Below, in pieces: positions 9,627 through 19,519 of a DNA stretch of 64,000 nt; positions within the stretch are counted from its first letter, which is position 1; each line of letters opens with the position of its first letter. The translations under genes and the position numbers were made by a program. The DNA lies in assembly GCA_963727525.1 (NCBI GenBank), contig CAVSGO010000007.1, positions 640,001-704,000 on the forward strand, in the 5' to 3' direction. This DNA is from an uncultured bacterium (GTDB taxonomy: Bacteria > Krumholzibacteriota > Krumholzibacteriia > LZORAL124-64-63). The notes below the pieces were generated by a model. That model was not told where the DNA came from. It saw only the letters and a list, made by a program, of their open reading frames with translations, and did no database searches.

Positions 9627-9666
9627 CGCGAGAGACTTGGCCCCAATGTAAAGATGAGGTGTGGGC

Positions 9667-10218
9667 ATGAAGAGATCATTGGTCGTGTTGATGGCGGTGC
9701 TGGTGCTGGCGGGGTGTGGCAAAAAGAATGAGAAACAGGAGACGATGGTACCGCAGGGGATGCAGCAGACGACGGTGACGTCGGAGGCGGCGGATTCGGC
9801 GGGAGCGCTGGGGGACTCTCTGGCGGAGGCGGCGGGGCAGATGCCGGACATGCCGGCGAGCGCGGGCGAAGTGCCGCTGCAGTCGCTGGACGAGCCGACC
9901 GGGACGCCGCCGAGGAGCGAACCGCAGCCGGTGCGGCACACGGAACCGGAAAGGCCGGCGCGCACGGCCACGGCGCCGCCCGCCGGCGGTTCGTATGCCG
10001 TGCAGGTGGGGGCATTCGAGCGCTCGGTGTACGCCGACAAGCGGGTCGCGGCCCTGGGCGACGCGGGTATCTCCGCGCGGATCGAGACGGCTCAGGTCAA
10101 TGGCGTCACCTATCACCGGGTGATCGTGCCGGGGCTGCCGACCCTGGACGAGGCGCGGAGTCTGGCGGCGCGGGTCGAACGTGATCTGGGCTTCGCCACT
10201 CTGGTCCGCAAGCGCTAG
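9667..10218 (+). CDS. SPOR-domain lipoprotein
   Basis: Lipobox LAGC, low-complexity linker, C-terminal YAVQVGAF...YHRVIVPG SPOR motif. Confidence 0.85.
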   Translation: MKRSLVVLMAVLVLAGCGKKNEKQETMVPQGMQQTTVTSEAADSAGALGDSLAEAAGQMPDMPASAGEVPLQSLDEPTGTPPRSEPQPVRHTEPERPARTATAPPAGGSYAVQVGAFERSVYADKRVAALGDAGISARIETAQVNGVTYHRVIVPGLPTLDEARSLAARVERDLGFATLVRKR

Positions 10219-10272
10219 ATTGTCCGACCGACATCCGTACGTGCCACCACCCCTCGCGCCTGGAGGACGACA

Positions 10273-11034
10273 ATGAGCCGGCTCCCATCGATCCGCCGTC
10301 TGCTGGCGGTTGCGCTGGTCCTCGCCCTGCGCGGGCTGCCGGCCGTGGCGGCCGCGCCGGCCGACCAGGCGCCGTTCGTCCGGCTGCACACCGGCGCCGG
10401 CACCATGGTCCTGGTACTTTTTCCCGAGCTGGCACCGCACCATGTCGACCAGTTTCTGCACCTGGCGACCGCGGGATTCTACGACGGCACGACGTTTCAT
10501 CGCATCGTGCCCGGCTTCGTGATCCAGGGCGGCGATCCCCAGAGCCGGGACATGGACCCACGCAACGACGGTTTCGGCGGACCGACACTCGCCGACGTGC
10601 TCACGCCCGGCGAGCAACAGGGCCTGACGCAGGCGTTCGCACCGATCGCGGCCCGCGGTTACGGCGGGCTCGATCTGAGCCTGCGGGCGAATCTCGCAGG
10701 CGAGTATTCGAAGACGGCCAAGCACCTGCGCGGCAGCGTGAGCATGGCGCACGGGCGGGACGGGTGGGCGGGTAGCCAGTTCTTCATCTGCCTCGATGCC
10801 ACACCGCAGTTCGATCGGCAGTACTCCATCTTCGGTCAGGTGATCGCCGGGATGGCGGTGGCCGATTCCATCGCGGCCGGCGCGACGATGCCCAGCATCA
10901 GCCAGCACGCCCAGCACCCGGTGCCCATCACCAGCATCGAGGTGCTCACGGGCGCGCAGGCGCTCACGGCCGACGAGCGTGCGGCCTACGAGAAGACCAT
11001 GGCCGACCTCGCGACGGCCGGCAGCACCTGGTAG
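10273..11034 (+). CDS. Exported cyclophilin-type peptidyl-prolyl cis-trans isomerase
   Basis: Signal peptide; APHHVDQF, FYDGTTFHRIVPGFVIQGGDP, HLRGSVSMA, GSQFFI, YSIFGQV. Confidence 0.92.
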   Translation: MSRLPSIRRLLAVALVLALRGLPAVAAAPADQAPFVRLHTGAGTMVLVLFPELAPHHVDQFLHLATAGFYDGTTFHRIVPGFVIQGGDPQSRDMDPRNDGFGGPTLADVLTPGEQQGLTQAFAPIAARGYGGLDLSLRANLAGEYSKTAKHLRGSVSMAHGRDGWAGSQFFICLDATPQFDRQYSIFGQVIAGMAVADSIAAGATMPSISQHAQHPVPITSIEVLTGAQALTADERAAYEKTMADLATAGSTW

Positions 11035-11050
11035 AACGGAGAGGCGGCGG

Positions 11051-13933
11051 ATGGCGTCGACAGCCAAGGCTTCGCACGACATGGCGCCATGCGGCGACGA
11101 CAGGCGCAGGCCTGGAGAGATCGTCGTCAAGGGCGTGCGGGTGCACAACCTGAAGAACCTCGACCTGCGGCTTCCGCGTCGCCGGCTCGTGGTGGTGACG
11201 GGTCCGAGCGGTTCGGGCAAGTCGTCGCTGGCCTTCGACACGCTCTACGCTGAGGGACAGCGCCGTTACATCGAGAGCCTGTCGAGCTATGCGCACCAGT
11301 TCCTCGACCAGTTGCCCAAACCCGATGTCGACCGCATCGAGGGATTGTCGCCGTCGCTGGCCATCGACCAGAAGGGACTGGGCACGAGTCCGCGTTCCAC
11401 CGTCGGCACCACCACCGAGATCTACAACTTTCTGCGCCTGCTGTACGCTCGCTGCGGCACGTCGGTATGTCCCGATTGCAATCTGCCGGCGACGAACCGG
11501 CCGCTCGCCGACATCGAGGCCGAGATCCTCGCCCTGCCGGCCGGTGCGCGCTTCCTCTTGCTGGCACCCGTGGTGCGTGGGCGGCGCGGGCAGCACCGCA
11601 AGCTGCTCGACGACCTCGTGACGCAGGGCTACGTGCGCGCGCTCATCGATGGCGAGCTGGTGGAACTGGACAGCGACCTCGACCTGGCGGCCGGCAAGCG
11701 GCACGATATCGCCGTCGTCGTTGACGGACTCACGCGGCGCGAAGGCATTCGCGAGCAGCTCCACGCCTCGCTCGAGGCCGCGGCCGCGCTTGGCGATGGC
11801 GCGGTGATCGTGTGGCAAGACGGCGACCAGACCTACTACAGTCGCGATGCGAGCTGCCCCGGCTGCGGCCGCGGATTCCCCGCCCTCGACCCGCGCCTCT
11901 TCTCGTTCAACTCACCGGCCGGATCGTGTCCAGAGTGCAACGGCCTGGGCACGCTGCGGACCATCCCGGCCGACCTGCTGGTGCCCGATCCGTCGCTCGG
12001 ACTCGCCGATGGCGCCGTGGAGTTTCTCAAGGGCAAGGAATCGAGCTGGCTCTACACGCAGATCGAGGCGCTGGCCGGAGCCATGGGATTCGAGCTCGCC
12101 ACGCCGTGGCGCGATCTGTCGACGGATGCGCGCGCGACGCTGTTGCACGGACTGAGCGGCGATACCGACCGGCGCCTGCAGGACCACGTGCACTACCAGG
12201 CCTTCCTCAAGGGCTGGCCGGGTCTGGTACCCGAGCTGGTGCGGCGTCATCGCGAGACCAAGTCGGAGCGTATCCGGGCCAACCTCGAGAAGATCATGGC
12301 CGAGGAACCTTGCCCCACCTGTGACGGCTACCGTTTGCGGCCGGAGGCGCTCCACGTGCAGGTGGCGGGCAAGCACATCGGTGAGGTGGCGTCGCTCACG
12401 TTCACCGAACTGGAGGCGTGGTCTGCCGGCGTGGAGTTCACCGGCGCGCGGGAGCGCGCGGTCGCCACGCCCATCGTGGCGCAGATCCGCCACCGCCTGG
12501 AGTTCCTGCTGCGCGTGGGGGTGAGCTACCTGTCGCTGGCGCGCGGCACGCGCACACTGTCCGGCGGAGAGGGTCAGCGCGTGCGCCTGGCCACGCAGGT
12601 GGGCTCGCAGCTCACCGGCGTGCTCTACATCCTCGACGAGCCGAGCGTGGGCCTGCATCATCGCGATATCCACCGGCTCATCGGCACGTTGCAAGCACTG
12701 CGCGATCGCGGCAACAGCGTGGTGGTGGTGGAGCATGATCGCGATGTCATGCTCGCCGCCGACCACATCATCGACCTCGGTCCCGGCGCGGGCGAGCACG
12801 GCGGCTGGCTGGTGGCACAGGGCACGGTGCGCGAGGTCATGGCCACCGAGGGCAGCGCCACCGGCGACTTCCTCGCCGGGCGCGTGGGCGGCGGCGGTCC
12901 GGCTCCCCTGTCCAACCACGGGAGTCCACCGGCGGAGCACTGGCTGAGCCTGTCCGGCCTGCGCGGCCGCAACCTCAAGGGTATCGACCTCACGCTGCCG
13001 CTGGGGCGCCTGACCGTGGTCACGGGTGTATCCGGCTCGGGCAAGAGCACGGCGGTGAACGACACGCTGTACCGCGTGCTCTCGAACCGCTTGCACCGGG
13101 CGCGCAAGCGCCCCGAGCCGTTTGACGACCTCGCGGGTCTGGAACACCTGGACGGCGTGGTCATGGTGGACCAGTCATCCATAGGACGCACGCCGCGGTC
13201 GACGCCGGCGACGTACACCGGCCTGTATGGCCACGTCCGCCGCTTGTTCGCGCAGACCGGCCTGGCGCGCATGCGCGGGTACGACGCCGGGCGATTCAGC
13301 TTCAACACCGCCGGCGGTCGTTGCGAGGTCTGCGAGGGCGCGGGCATGCGCCGGTTGACCATGGATTTTCTGCCCGACGTGGAGGTGCTCTGCGAGGAAT
13401 GCGGTGGCCGCCGGTTCGATCGCGAGACGCGCGAGGTGCACTTCAAGGGCCAGGACATCGCCCAGGTGCTCGACATGAGCGTCGACCAGGCGGCCGAACT
13501 CTTCGCCAGCGTCCCTCCCTGCCGCAAGATCCTTGAAGTCATGCAGGGCGTGGGCCTGGGTTACCTGCGACTGGGCCAGGCCGGCGCCACGCTCAGCGGC
13601 GGCGAGGCGCAGCGTCTGAAGCTGGTGAAGGAGCTGGCGCGCGGCGGCACGAGGCCCACGCTGTACATCCTCGACGAGCCCACCACCGGATTGCACTTCT
13701 GCGACGTCGACCGCCTCATGCACGTGCTGGCGCAGCTTCTGGAGCGCGGCAACACGGTGGTGGTGATCGAGCACAACCCCGAGGTGATCCGTCGGGCGGA
13801 CCATGTGATCGATCTGGGTCCGGAGGGCGGCGCCGGCGGGGGCGAGATCGTGGCCCAGGGCAGCCTGGGCGACATCATGGCCAGCGAGGAATCCTACACC
13901 GGCGCCATGCTACGTGAGCTGTTCGCGTCCTGA
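11051..13933 (+). CDS. uvrA: Excinuclease ABC subunit A
   Basis: HNLKN, GPSGSGKSSLAFDTLYAEGQRRY, zinc fingers, LSGGEGQR, second NBD GVSGSGKS / LSGGEAQR / LDEPTTGLH. Confidence 0.96.
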   Translation: MASTAKASHDMAPCGDDRRRPGEIVVKGVRVHNLKNLDLRLPRRRLVVVTGPSGSGKSSLAFDTLYAEGQRRYIESLSSYAHQFLDQLPKPDVDRIEGLSPSLAIDQKGLGTSPRSTVGTTTEIYNFLRLLYARCGTSVCPDCNLPATNRPLADIEAEILALPAGARFLLLAPVVRGRRGQHRKLLDDLVTQGYVRALIDGELVELDSDLDLAAGKRHDIAVVVDGLTRREGIREQLHASLEAAAALGDGAVIVWQDGDQTYYSRDASCPGCGRGFPALDPRLFSFNSPAGSCPECNGLGTLRTIPADLLVPDPSLGLADGAVEFLKGKESSWLYTQIEALAGAMGFELATPWRDLSTDARATLLHGLSGDTDRRLQDHVHYQAFLKGWPGLVPELVRRHRETKSERIRANLEKIMAEEPCPTCDGYRLRPEALHVQVAGKHIGEVASLTFTELEAWSAGVEFTGARERAVATPIVAQIRHRLEFLLRVGVSYLSLARGTRTLSGGEGQRVRLATQVGSQLTGVLYILDEPSVGLHHRDIHRLIGTLQALRDRGNSVVVVEHDRDVMLAADHIIDLGPGAGEHGGWLVAQGTVREVMATEGSATGDFLAGRVGGGGPAPLSNHGSPPAEHWLSLSGLRGRNLKGIDLTLPLGRLTVVTGVSGSGKSTAVNDTLYRVLSNRLHRARKRPEPFDDLAGLEHLDGVVMVDQSSIGRTPRSTPATYTGLYGHVRRLFAQTGLARMRGYDAGRFSFNTAGGRCEVCEGAGMRRLTMDFLPDVEVLCEECGGRRFDRETREVHFKGQDIAQVLDMSVDQAAELFASVPPCRKILEVMQGVGLGYLRLGQAGATLSGGEAQRLKLVKELARGGTRPTLYILDEPTTGLHFCDVDRLMHVLAQLLERGNTVVVIEHNPEVIRRADHVIDLGPEGGAGGGEIVAQGSLGDIMASEESYTGAMLRELFAS

Positions 13934-14106
13934 TTTCGCGCCGAGTCCGCATTACCGGCTTGGCTAACGCCAGTGGTCGGCTTAGATTTCTGCCCGACGG
14001 GGCCGGCCGTCCCGGTCGCGACCGCGCGCCGGTTCCTGCCACCATCAGCGTCGATCCGCCCACGGCGGATCCCGGCCATGGCGCCCCTAGCCGCAGGAGA
14101 CCCGAG

Positions 14107-15261
14107 GTGAACGACCCGATGGTGCTCAAGCTCACCCCCCTGTCAGCCTGGCACGAGGCGCACGGCGCCCGCATGGTGCCCTTCGCCGGTTTCTCCATGC
14201 CCGTCCAATACGAAGGTGTGCTCGCGGAGCACGCCACGGTGCGCGAGAAGGTGGGGCTCTTCGACATCACGCACATGGGCGAGGTGTACGTCGATGGCCC
14301 CGCGGCCGGCGACTGGATCTCGGGACTGGTGACCAACAAGACCGCCGACGTCGCACCGGGCAAGGTGGTTTACACTGCCATGTGCCGCGAGGACGGCGGC
14401 GTGCTCGACGACATGCTCGTGTACCGCCTCGCCGAAATGCGCTGGCTCATCGTGATGAATGCCTCCAATCATGACAAGATCGTCGCCTGGTTGCACGACC
14501 ACGTGCCCACCAGTGGCGTCACCCTCGACGATGCGAGCGAGCGCACGGCCCTCATCGCCGTCCAGGGCCCCGAGGCGAACGTGCTCGTGAAGCGCCTCGC
14601 CCGCCTGCGCGATCGGTCCGACGCGATCGACGCGCTCGAGTTCTACACCCACTTCACCCTGGGCGATTGGATCGTCTCGCGCACCGGCTACACCGGTGAG
14701 CATGGCTACGAGCTGTACGTGCCCAACGCCGATGCGCTCCCGGTGTGGGAAGAATTGCTAGGAGCCGGAGCCGATCTGGGCGTCAAGCCCATCGGCCTGG
14801 CGGCGCGTGATACGCTGCGATTCGAGGCGTGCTACTGCCTCTACGGTCACGAGCTGGACGAGGACACGACGCCCCTGGAGGCTGGCATCGGCTGGGCGGT
14901 GAAGCTCAAGAAGAGTGACGGCTTCGTCGGACGCGATGCGCTCGTGCGGCAGAAGGACGCCGGCGTGCCGCGCAAGCTCGTGGGTCTGGAATTCGAGGGC
15001 CGCGCCATCGCCCGGCAGGATATGCCGGTGCTGGTCGGCGGCCAGCAGATGGGCCGGATCACCAGCGGCACCTTCAGCCCCACGCTGAAACGGGCTCTGG
15101 CCCTGGCCCTCGTGCGTGTGGATGCCGTGAAGGCGGATGTCGACGAGGGGGACCTGGCGGTGGAGATCCGCGGCAAGCAGGTCGCGGCCCGTCTCGTGCC
15201 CATTCCGTTCCTGGCGGCGCGGGTCAAGGGTGATCCGCGGGCCCAGCGTACCCTGGACTAG
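14107..15261 (+). CDS. gcvT: Glycine cleavage system T protein (aminomethyltransferase)
   Basis: MVPFAGFSMPVQY, GLFDITHMGE, SRTGYTGEHGYEL, ARDTLRFEA. GTG start after AGGAG. Confidence 0.95.
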   Translation: MNDPMVLKLTPLSAWHEAHGARMVPFAGFSMPVQYEGVLAEHATVREKVGLFDITHMGEVYVDGPAAGDWISGLVTNKTADVAPGKVVYTAMCREDGGVLDDMLVYRLAEMRWLIVMNASNHDKIVAWLHDHVPTSGVTLDDASERTALIAVQGPEANVLVKRLARLRDRSDAIDALEFYTHFTLGDWIVSRTGYTGEHGYELYVPNADALPVWEELLGAGADLGVKPIGLAARDTLRFEACYCLYGHELDEDTTPLEAGIGWAVKLKKSDGFVGRDALVRQKDAGVPRKLVGLEFEGRAIARQDMPVLVGGQQMGRITSGTFSPTLKRALALALVRVDAVKADVDEGDLAVEIRGKQVAARLVPIPFLAARVKGDPRAQRTLD

Positions 15262-15272
15262 AGGAGCGAACC

Positions 15273-15650
15273 ATGGTTCCCGACGATCGCAAGTACACCC
15301 AGGAACACGAGTGGGTCCAGATCGACGGCGAGGTCGGCATGGTCGGCATCACCGATCACGCGGCGAACGAGCTGGGTGATATCGTCTTCGTCGAGCTGCC
15401 CGACGTGGGCAGCGAATTCAGCATGGGCGACGCCGTGGGCACGATCGAATCCGTGAAGGCGGTCGCCGATCTCTACATCCCGATCAGCGGGGAAGTCGTC
15501 GAGATCAACCAGGCCGTGGTGGACAGCCCGGAACTGGTGAACTCATCGCCCATGGACGACGGCTGGCTGATCAAGGTACGCCTGGTCGACGGCTCCGAAC
15601 TGGAGAAGCTGCTCGACGCCGGCGCCTACGAAGACATCCTGGGAGGCTGA
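15273..15650 (+). CDS. gcvH: Glycine cleavage system H protein
   Basis: YTQEHEW, GITDHA..LGDIVFVELP, lipoyl-Lys motif IESVKAVADL. Confidence 0.97.
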   Translation: MVPDDRKYTQEHEWVQIDGEVGMVGITDHAANELGDIVFVELPDVGSEFSMGDAVGTIESVKAVADLYIPISGEVVEINQAVVDSPELVNSSPMDDGWLIKVRLVDGSELEKLLDAGAYEDILGG

Positions 15651-15658
15651 TCCGCATC

Positions 15659-17026
15659 ATGGCCTACGTGCCGCACACGAACGAGGACGTCCAGTCCATG
15701 CTGGAGGCGATCGGGGTCGACTCCGTCGCTGATCTTTTCGCCAGTCTGCCGGAGCAGGCGCGCCTGGGGCGCGACCTCGAGCTGCCGCGCGGTCTCACGG
15801 AGGAAGAGGTGCGACGCCAGCTCAAGGCGCTGGCCGCACGCAACCTCAGCCAGGAAGACCTCACGTCGTTCCTCGGCGGCGGCGTCTACGATGCGATCAT
15901 CCCGGCCGCCTGCGAGGCGATCTGCAGCCGCAGCGAGTTTCTCACAGCCTACACGCCCTACCAGGCTGAGGTGAGCCAGGGCACGCTGCAGGTGATCTAC
16001 GAGTGGCAGACGTTCCTCACGCGGCTCACGGGTCTGCCGGTGGCCAACGCCAGCATGTATGACGGCGCCACCGCGCTGTCCGAAGCGCTGAACGTGGCGA
16101 TGGCGCAGCGTCGCAAGCGGCGCGTGATCCTGCCCGCCACGCTCAACCCGCGCTATCGCCGCGTGGTGCTGACGTCGCTGGCCGGCCTCGACGTGGAGTT
16201 CGCCACCGCACCGGCCACGCGCGACGGCGTGATCGACGTCGCCGCGCTCCGCGAGCTGGCCACCGCCGACACGGCCGCTGTCGTCGTGCAGAACCCCAAC
16301 TACCTGGGCCTGCTCGAACAGGTGGACGTGGTGAGCGCCGCGGCGAAGGCCAACGGTGCGCTGCTCGTGGCGTGCGTCAATCCGGTGTCGCTCGCCCAGG
16401 TGAAGGCGCCGGCCGAGTATGGTGCCGATCTGGCCGTGGGCGAGGCGCAACCGTTCGGCGTGCCGTGCGGCTTCGGCGGCCCGCTCCTGGGCTTCTTTAC
16501 CTGCTCCGACGCCCTCACGCGCCGCATGCCCGGCCGCGTGGTCGGCCGCACCGTCGACCGCGAGGGCCGCGACGCCTTCGTGCTCACGCTGCAGACGCGC
16601 GAGCAGCACATCCGCCGCGAGAAGGCCACGAGCAACATCTGCTCGAACCAGGGCCTGAACATGCTGCGTGCCACGGTATACCTGGCCATGCTCGGCGGTA
16701 CCGGCCTGCGCGATCTGGGCGAGGCCAACCGCGTGCGCTGCGAGGCCCTGCGCCGCAAGCTCGCCGCCGTGCCCGGGGTGACCCTGCCGTTCGACGGCCC
16801 GGTGTTCAACGAGTTCGTGGTGCGCGTGCCTGGCTCCGCCCGTGCGTTCCGGCAGTTCGCCCATGCGCACGGCATCCTCGCCGGCATACCCCTTCTGGGC
16901 ATCGCCGGCTGCGGAGAGAGGGACCTGCTCGTGGCCGTCACGGAGAAGCGCACGGCCGCGGAGATCGAACGTTACGCCGAGGTGCTGCAGACCTACGCGA
17001 CCAGCCGCCAGGAGGTGACGGCATGA
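15659..17026 (+). CDS. gcvPA: Glycine dehydrogenase subunit 1
   Basis: TAYTPYQAEVSQGTLQ, NASMYDGA, LQTREQHIRREKATSNICSNQ. Confidence 0.96.
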   Translation: MAYVPHTNEDVQSMLEAIGVDSVADLFASLPEQARLGRDLELPRGLTEEEVRRQLKALAARNLSQEDLTSFLGGGVYDAIIPAACEAICSRSEFLTAYTPYQAEVSQGTLQVIYEWQTFLTRLTGLPVANASMYDGATALSEALNVAMAQRRKRRVILPATLNPRYRRVVLTSLAGLDVEFATAPATRDGVIDVAALRELATADTAAVVVQNPNYLGLLEQVDVVSAAAKANGALLVACVNPVSLAQVKAPAEYGADLAVGEAQPFGVPCGFGGPLLGFFTCSDALTRRMPGRVVGRTVDREGRDAFVLTLQTREQHIRREKATSNICSNQGLNMLRATVYLAMLGGTGLRDLGEANRVRCEALRRKLAAVPGVTLPFDGPVFNEFVVRVPGSARAFRQFAHAHGILAGIPLLGIAGCGERDLLVAVTEKRTAAEIERYAEVLQTYATSRQEVTA

Positions 17027-18528
17027 GCGAGCCCATCCTCACGCAGACGCGCTGCCAGCGCTGGCTCGCCGATCGTCAGCCCACGCTCTTCGAGCAGGGC
17101 CGCGTCGGCCGGCGCGCCTTGACGATGCCGCCCTGGGATGGCGAGCCGGTCGACGCGTCGCTGCCCGCCGCGCACTGCCGCGCGGAGGCTGCCGATCTGC
17201 CCGACCTCAGCGAACCCGAGGTGATGCGTCACTTCACGCTGCTGTCGAACCTGAACCATCACATCGAGCGTGGCATGTATCCGCTCGGCAGCTGCACGAT
17301 GAAGTACAACCCGCGCCTCAACGAGCAAATCGCCGCCCTGCCGGGCTTCGCCGCCCTTCATCCAGAGCAGGACGCGGACGACGTCCAGGGACTGCTCGCC
17401 GCGCTGGCGCTGCTCGAGCAGTACCTGTGCGAGATCACCGGTTTCGCCGCCTGCAGCCTCATGCCGGCGGCGGGTGCGCACGGCGAGTTCCTGGGCATGC
17501 TCGTCATCCGCGCGCACCATGTCGCCAGCGGCGAGGGACAGCGCCGGGAGATCCTGATTCCCGACAGCGCGCACGGGACCAATCCGGCGTCGGTAGTGCT
17601 CGCCGGCATGACGCCCCGCACCATCGTCTCGCGCCCGGACGGCCGCATCGATCTCGACGCGCTGCGCGCCGCCGTCGGCCCGCAGACGGCCGGCATCATG
17701 ATCACCAATCCCAACACCCTCGGGCTCTTCGAGACGGACATCATCGAGGTGGCGCGCATCATCCACGATGCCGGCGGCCGCCTGTACATGGATGGCGCCA
17801 ACTTCAACGCTATCCTCGGTCAAGCCCGTCCCGGCGACATGGGCTTCGACGTCGTGCACCTGAATCTGCACAAGACGTTCTCGACGCCGCACGGTGGCGG
17901 CGGCCCCGGCGCCGGCCCCATCTGCGTCACCGCCGAGCTGGCCCCGTACCTGCCCGGTCCGCGGCTGGTCGAGAGCGATGGCCGCTTCGACTTCGACCGT
18001 CCGGTGCTGCACGACGGCGCGGCCATCCACAGCTACCTCGGCAACGTGGGCGTGTGCCTGCGCGCCCTCGCCTATATCCTGCGCAATGGGCACGATGGCC
18101 TGAAGCGCGTGAGCGAGATGGCGGTGCTCAATGCCAACTACCTGCTTGCGCAGCTGCGCGACATCCTGCCGGTCGATCACCCCGACGGTTGCCTGCACGA
18201 GTTTGTCGCCAGCGGCGTGCGCTGGCGCGACGAGTACGGCGTCAAGACGCTCGACATCGCGAAGCGCCTGCTCGACTTCGGCATCCACGCGCCGACGATC
18301 TACTTTCCGTTGATCGTGGAGGAAGCGCTGATGATCGAGCCCACCGAGACCGAGACCAGGGAGAGCCTGGACCGCTTCGTCGCGGCCCTGCGCCAGATCC
18401 AGGAAGAAGCGCGGACGCAGCCCGCGGTCGTACTCGGCGCACCGCACTCGACACCGGTGGCGCGCCTGGACGAAGCGCGCGCGGCCCGTCAGCCCGACCT
18501 GCGCTGGCTCGGCCCCTGCAACTGCTGA
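17023..18528 (+). CDS. gcvPB: Glycine dehydrogenase subunit 2
   Basis: YPLGSCTMKYNP, SAHGTNPAS, HLNLHKTFSTPHGGGGPG, EPTETE. ATGA overlap with gcvPA. Confidence 0.96.
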   Translation: MSEPILTQTRCQRWLADRQPTLFEQGRVGRRALTMPPWDGEPVDASLPAAHCRAEAADLPDLSEPEVMRHFTLLSNLNHHIERGMYPLGSCTMKYNPRLNEQIAALPGFAALHPEQDADDVQGLLAALALLEQYLCEITGFAACSLMPAAGAHGEFLGMLVIRAHHVASGEGQRREILIPDSAHGTNPASVVLAGMTPRTIVSRPDGRIDLDALRAAVGPQTAGIMITNPNTLGLFETDIIEVARIIHDAGGRLYMDGANFNAILGQARPGDMGFDVVHLNLHKTFSTPHGGGGPGAGPICVTAELAPYLPGPRLVESDGRFDFDRPVLHDGAAIHSYLGNVGVCLRALAYILRNGHDGLKRVSEMAVLNANYLLAQLRDILPVDHPDGCLHEFVASGVRWRDEYGVKTLDIAKRLLDFGIHAPTIYFPLIVEEALMIEPTETETRESLDRFVAALRQIQEEARTQPAVVLGAPHSTPVARLDEARAARQPDLRWLGPCNC

Positions 18529-18539
18529 GCGAGGACGCC

Positions 18540-19298
18540 GTGGCCCGTCTCCGAGTGATCACCGATGGACCCCGCACCGGGGCCGACAACATGCGCTGGG
18601 ACACGGCGCTGCTCGACGCTTACCGCCCCGATGACGATCCGATCCTGCGTATCTATCGCTGGTGGCCGCCCGCCGTGTCTTATGGCTACAATCAGAAGCT
18701 TGCCGACTTCGACGACGCGGCGGTCCACTCACGCGGCTTCGGACTGGTGCGCCGCCCCACGGGCGGGCGCGCAATCCTGCACGCCGACGAGCTGACCTAC
18801 TGCGTCGTGGGTGCCTCGCCGTCGGCGCTCTTCGGGGACTCGCTGCACGCCACGTACATGCGGATCAACCAGGCGCTGGTCGTGTTCCTGCGCGGACTCG
18901 GCTACCAGGCCGAGATCTCCGGCGGCGAATCGCGGCATGAACTGCGCGGTGCACTCTGTTTCAAGAGCGCGGGGCAGCATGAGATCCGCGTCGGCGGCCT
19001 CAAACTCATCGGTTCGGCCCAGCGTCGTACAGGTGGGCGCTTCCTGCAGCACGGGTCGATCCTCACCGGGCCGGGCCACGCGGAACTCGTGGAGTGCCTG
19101 ATCCCCGAGCGCCGCTCGCTCACGCGCGAGCAACTCCTCGCCTTGACGACCGACCTCGCCCAGCTCCGCGGTCGCCCGCTCACGGAGGCGGACTTCGCCG
19201 ACTTGACGCAGCGCCTTGTGGTCGCCTTCGCCGAAACGTTCGATCTCGAACCCGATGTGACGCAGTTCGCGTTGCCGAGCGCCGACGCCGAGGCGTGA
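18540..19298 (+). CDS. Lipoate-protein ligase / octanoyltransferase (LplA/LipM family)
   Basis: NMRWD..LL, VRRPTGGRAILH.DELTY, LCF, KLIGSAQRR, LQHGSI. Follows the gcv operon. Confidence 0.9.
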   Translation: MARLRVITDGPRTGADNMRWDTALLDAYRPDDDPILRIYRWWPPAVSYGYNQKLADFDDAAVHSRGFGLVRRPTGGRAILHADELTYCVVGASPSALFGDSLHATYMRINQALVVFLRGLGYQAEISGGESRHELRGALCFKSAGQHEIRVGGLKLIGSAQRRTGGRFLQHGSILTGPGHAELVECLIPERRSLTREQLLALTTDLAQLRGRPLTEADFADLTQRLVVAFAETFDLEPDVTQFALPSADAEA

Positions 19299-19355
19299 TA
19301 CCGTCGCTCATTCCCGCTGATGCCGGAACCGACGGCAGTGGCTGCAGAGGGTGAT

Positions 19356-19390
19356 GAGATTCTCCTGTCGGTTGGAATCTCCCTTTTTCT
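19356..19390 (+). terminator. Putative intrinsic terminator of the gcv operon
   Basis: GAGATTC...GAATCTC stem followed by CCTTTTTCT. Confidence 0.5.
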
Positions 19391-19519
19391 CGGTACCACG
19401 TGATGGACCTCGAGGCGGTGCGCGGCGCCGGCGTCGTCCCGCCCATGCATCAGCGACGCCGGCCCCCGAAGGAGCCGGCGCCGCCATCGCCCCCACAGCG
19501 ACGAAGGGATGTGCGAGGA

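Noticed and set aside
7642-9651. 669-aa ORF and many other long overlapping or antisense ORFs (e.g. 27323-29626, 20357-22219, 60131-61813)
   Set aside because: They are stop-poor shadow frames typical of high-GC DNA, overlap well-supported genes and show no recognisable motifs.
13934-14106. Glycine riboswitch upstream of gcvT
   Set aside because: The conserved GGAGA...CCGAAG...CTCTCAGG core is not present; only a small hairpin (14053-14071) is visible.
17427-19298. Apparent long N-terminal extensions or fusions in the ORF track (lipoate ligase, gcvPB, lgt, mreD, ruvA, queA)
   Set aside because: The extensions are open shadow frames over the upstream gene. Real starts have an RBS or stop/start overlap further downstream.
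19299-19519. Stand-alone ncRNA between convergent genes
   Set aside because: The hairpins are explained as terminators for the two convergent units; no recognisable RNA family.
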